DNA of 64,000 nt from the NCBI GenBank assembly GCA_016218065.1, contig JACRFA010000003.1, positions 10,090-74,089 of the forward strand. The letters are read 5' to 3'. Below the pieces are notes generated by a model. That model did no database searches. It was not told where the DNA came from and saw only the letters and a program-made list of their open reading frames with translations. The DNA comes from Ignavibacteriota bacterium (GTDB lineage: Bacteria > Bacteroidota > Ignavibacteria > UBA10030 > UBA6906). Of the stretch, positions 63,555 through 64,000 are shown piece after piece. Both the position numbers and the translations under genes were made by a program. Each line of letters begins with the position of its first letter. The first letter of the stretch is position 1.

Positions 63555-64000
63555 ATGAGAACTGACAATCCTACGATCATAGAAGAGCCGACGCGATCGC
63601 CTGCGCATCCGGACGAGTACTACTTGTTTGAACGCTACAAGCAGCCGGGAAAGAAGCGACTGGCGCTCGCGGCGTATTACGCGATGCGGCCCTTCATGCC
63701 GAGAAATCTGCAACTTGCGTTGCGACGGATCTACGCAAAGAAACAAGCACAGACTTCGTTTCCCGCGTGGCCGATTGAAACGATACTCGTTGACCGCGCC
63801 AACGCGAAATTGCGAAGCTGCATTCAGCAAGATCCGGCGGGCAAGATTCCTTTGATCAACTACTGGCCCGGCCAGGCTCGTGCAGCAGTAACACTCACGC
63901 ATGATGTTGAGTGGGACTATGGCGTGCGGAACATTCCGCGTGTACGCGCCGTCGAACAAAAGTACGGTTTCGTCTCCTCGTGGAATTTCGTTCCGGAGCG
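63555..64000 (+). CDS. Polysaccharide deacetylase-like protein, N-terminal part (runs off the right edge)
   Basis: Absent from the ORF track because it has no stop codon in the window. From the ATG at 63555 it reads MRTDNPTIIEEP...NYWPGQARAAVTLTHDVEWDYGVRNIPRVRAVEQKYGFVSSWNFVPE, and it stays open to 64000. Confidence 0.6.
   Translation, partial: MRTDNPTIIEEPTRSPAHPDEYYLFERYKQPGKKRLALAAYYAMRPFMPRNLQLALRRIYAKKQAQTSFPAWPIETILVDRANAKLRSCIQQDPAGKIPLINYWPGQARAAVTLTHDVEWDYGVRNIPRVRAVEQKYGFVSSWNFVPE

Overview
64-kb window, apparently from an FCB-group bacterium. Ten proteins carry a type-A T9SS C-terminal sorting domain (NYPNPFNPST...VYD.LG.EVATLV...ASGVY.YRL). Shine-Dalgarno sites and TTGACA/TATAAT-type promoters suggest an Ignavibacteriota- or Chlorobiota-like lineage rather than Bacteroides; that placement is inference. 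Layout: (1) 1-2109, minus strand: an ECF sigma factor and its usual Ser/Thr kinase partner, separated by an IS200-like Y1 transposase with hairpin-bearing flanks. (2) 2.8-30.7 kb: a T9SS cargo island. It holds an Asp-box propeller protein with a papain-like domain, four tandem paralogues built from an unrecognised ~53-56 aa repeat, a giant beta-helix protein and a TrmB-family regulator. It also holds two copies of a three-gene module (Reg_prop/Y_Y_Y histidine kinase, NarL-type regulator, ~420 aa Asp-box propeller cargo). Both copies carry a conserved 7-2-7 inverted-heptamer box directly abutting the -35 element, upstream of the regulator gene and of the cargo gene. (3) 30.7-43.5 kb: mixed accessory genes. 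These are a DUF5618-like protein, an MCP, a frameshifted porin-like remnant, hypothetical secreted proteins, a PlpD-like patatin-Omp85 protein and a DUF4832-like T9SS hydrolase, with hairpin and MITE-like repeats in the intergenic regions. (4) 43.6-64.0 kb: one long plus-strand Wzx/Wzy-type exopolysaccharide operon. Embedded in it is an unusual subcluster of an RraA-like protein, two ATP-grasp ligases, an Ldh_2 oxidoreductase and a putative dioxygenase. Two CDSs truncated by the window edges are absent from the ORF track and were read by hand. In the ORF track, TTG and GTG starts are printed as M. No rRNA gene, tRNA gene or CRISPR array was seen.
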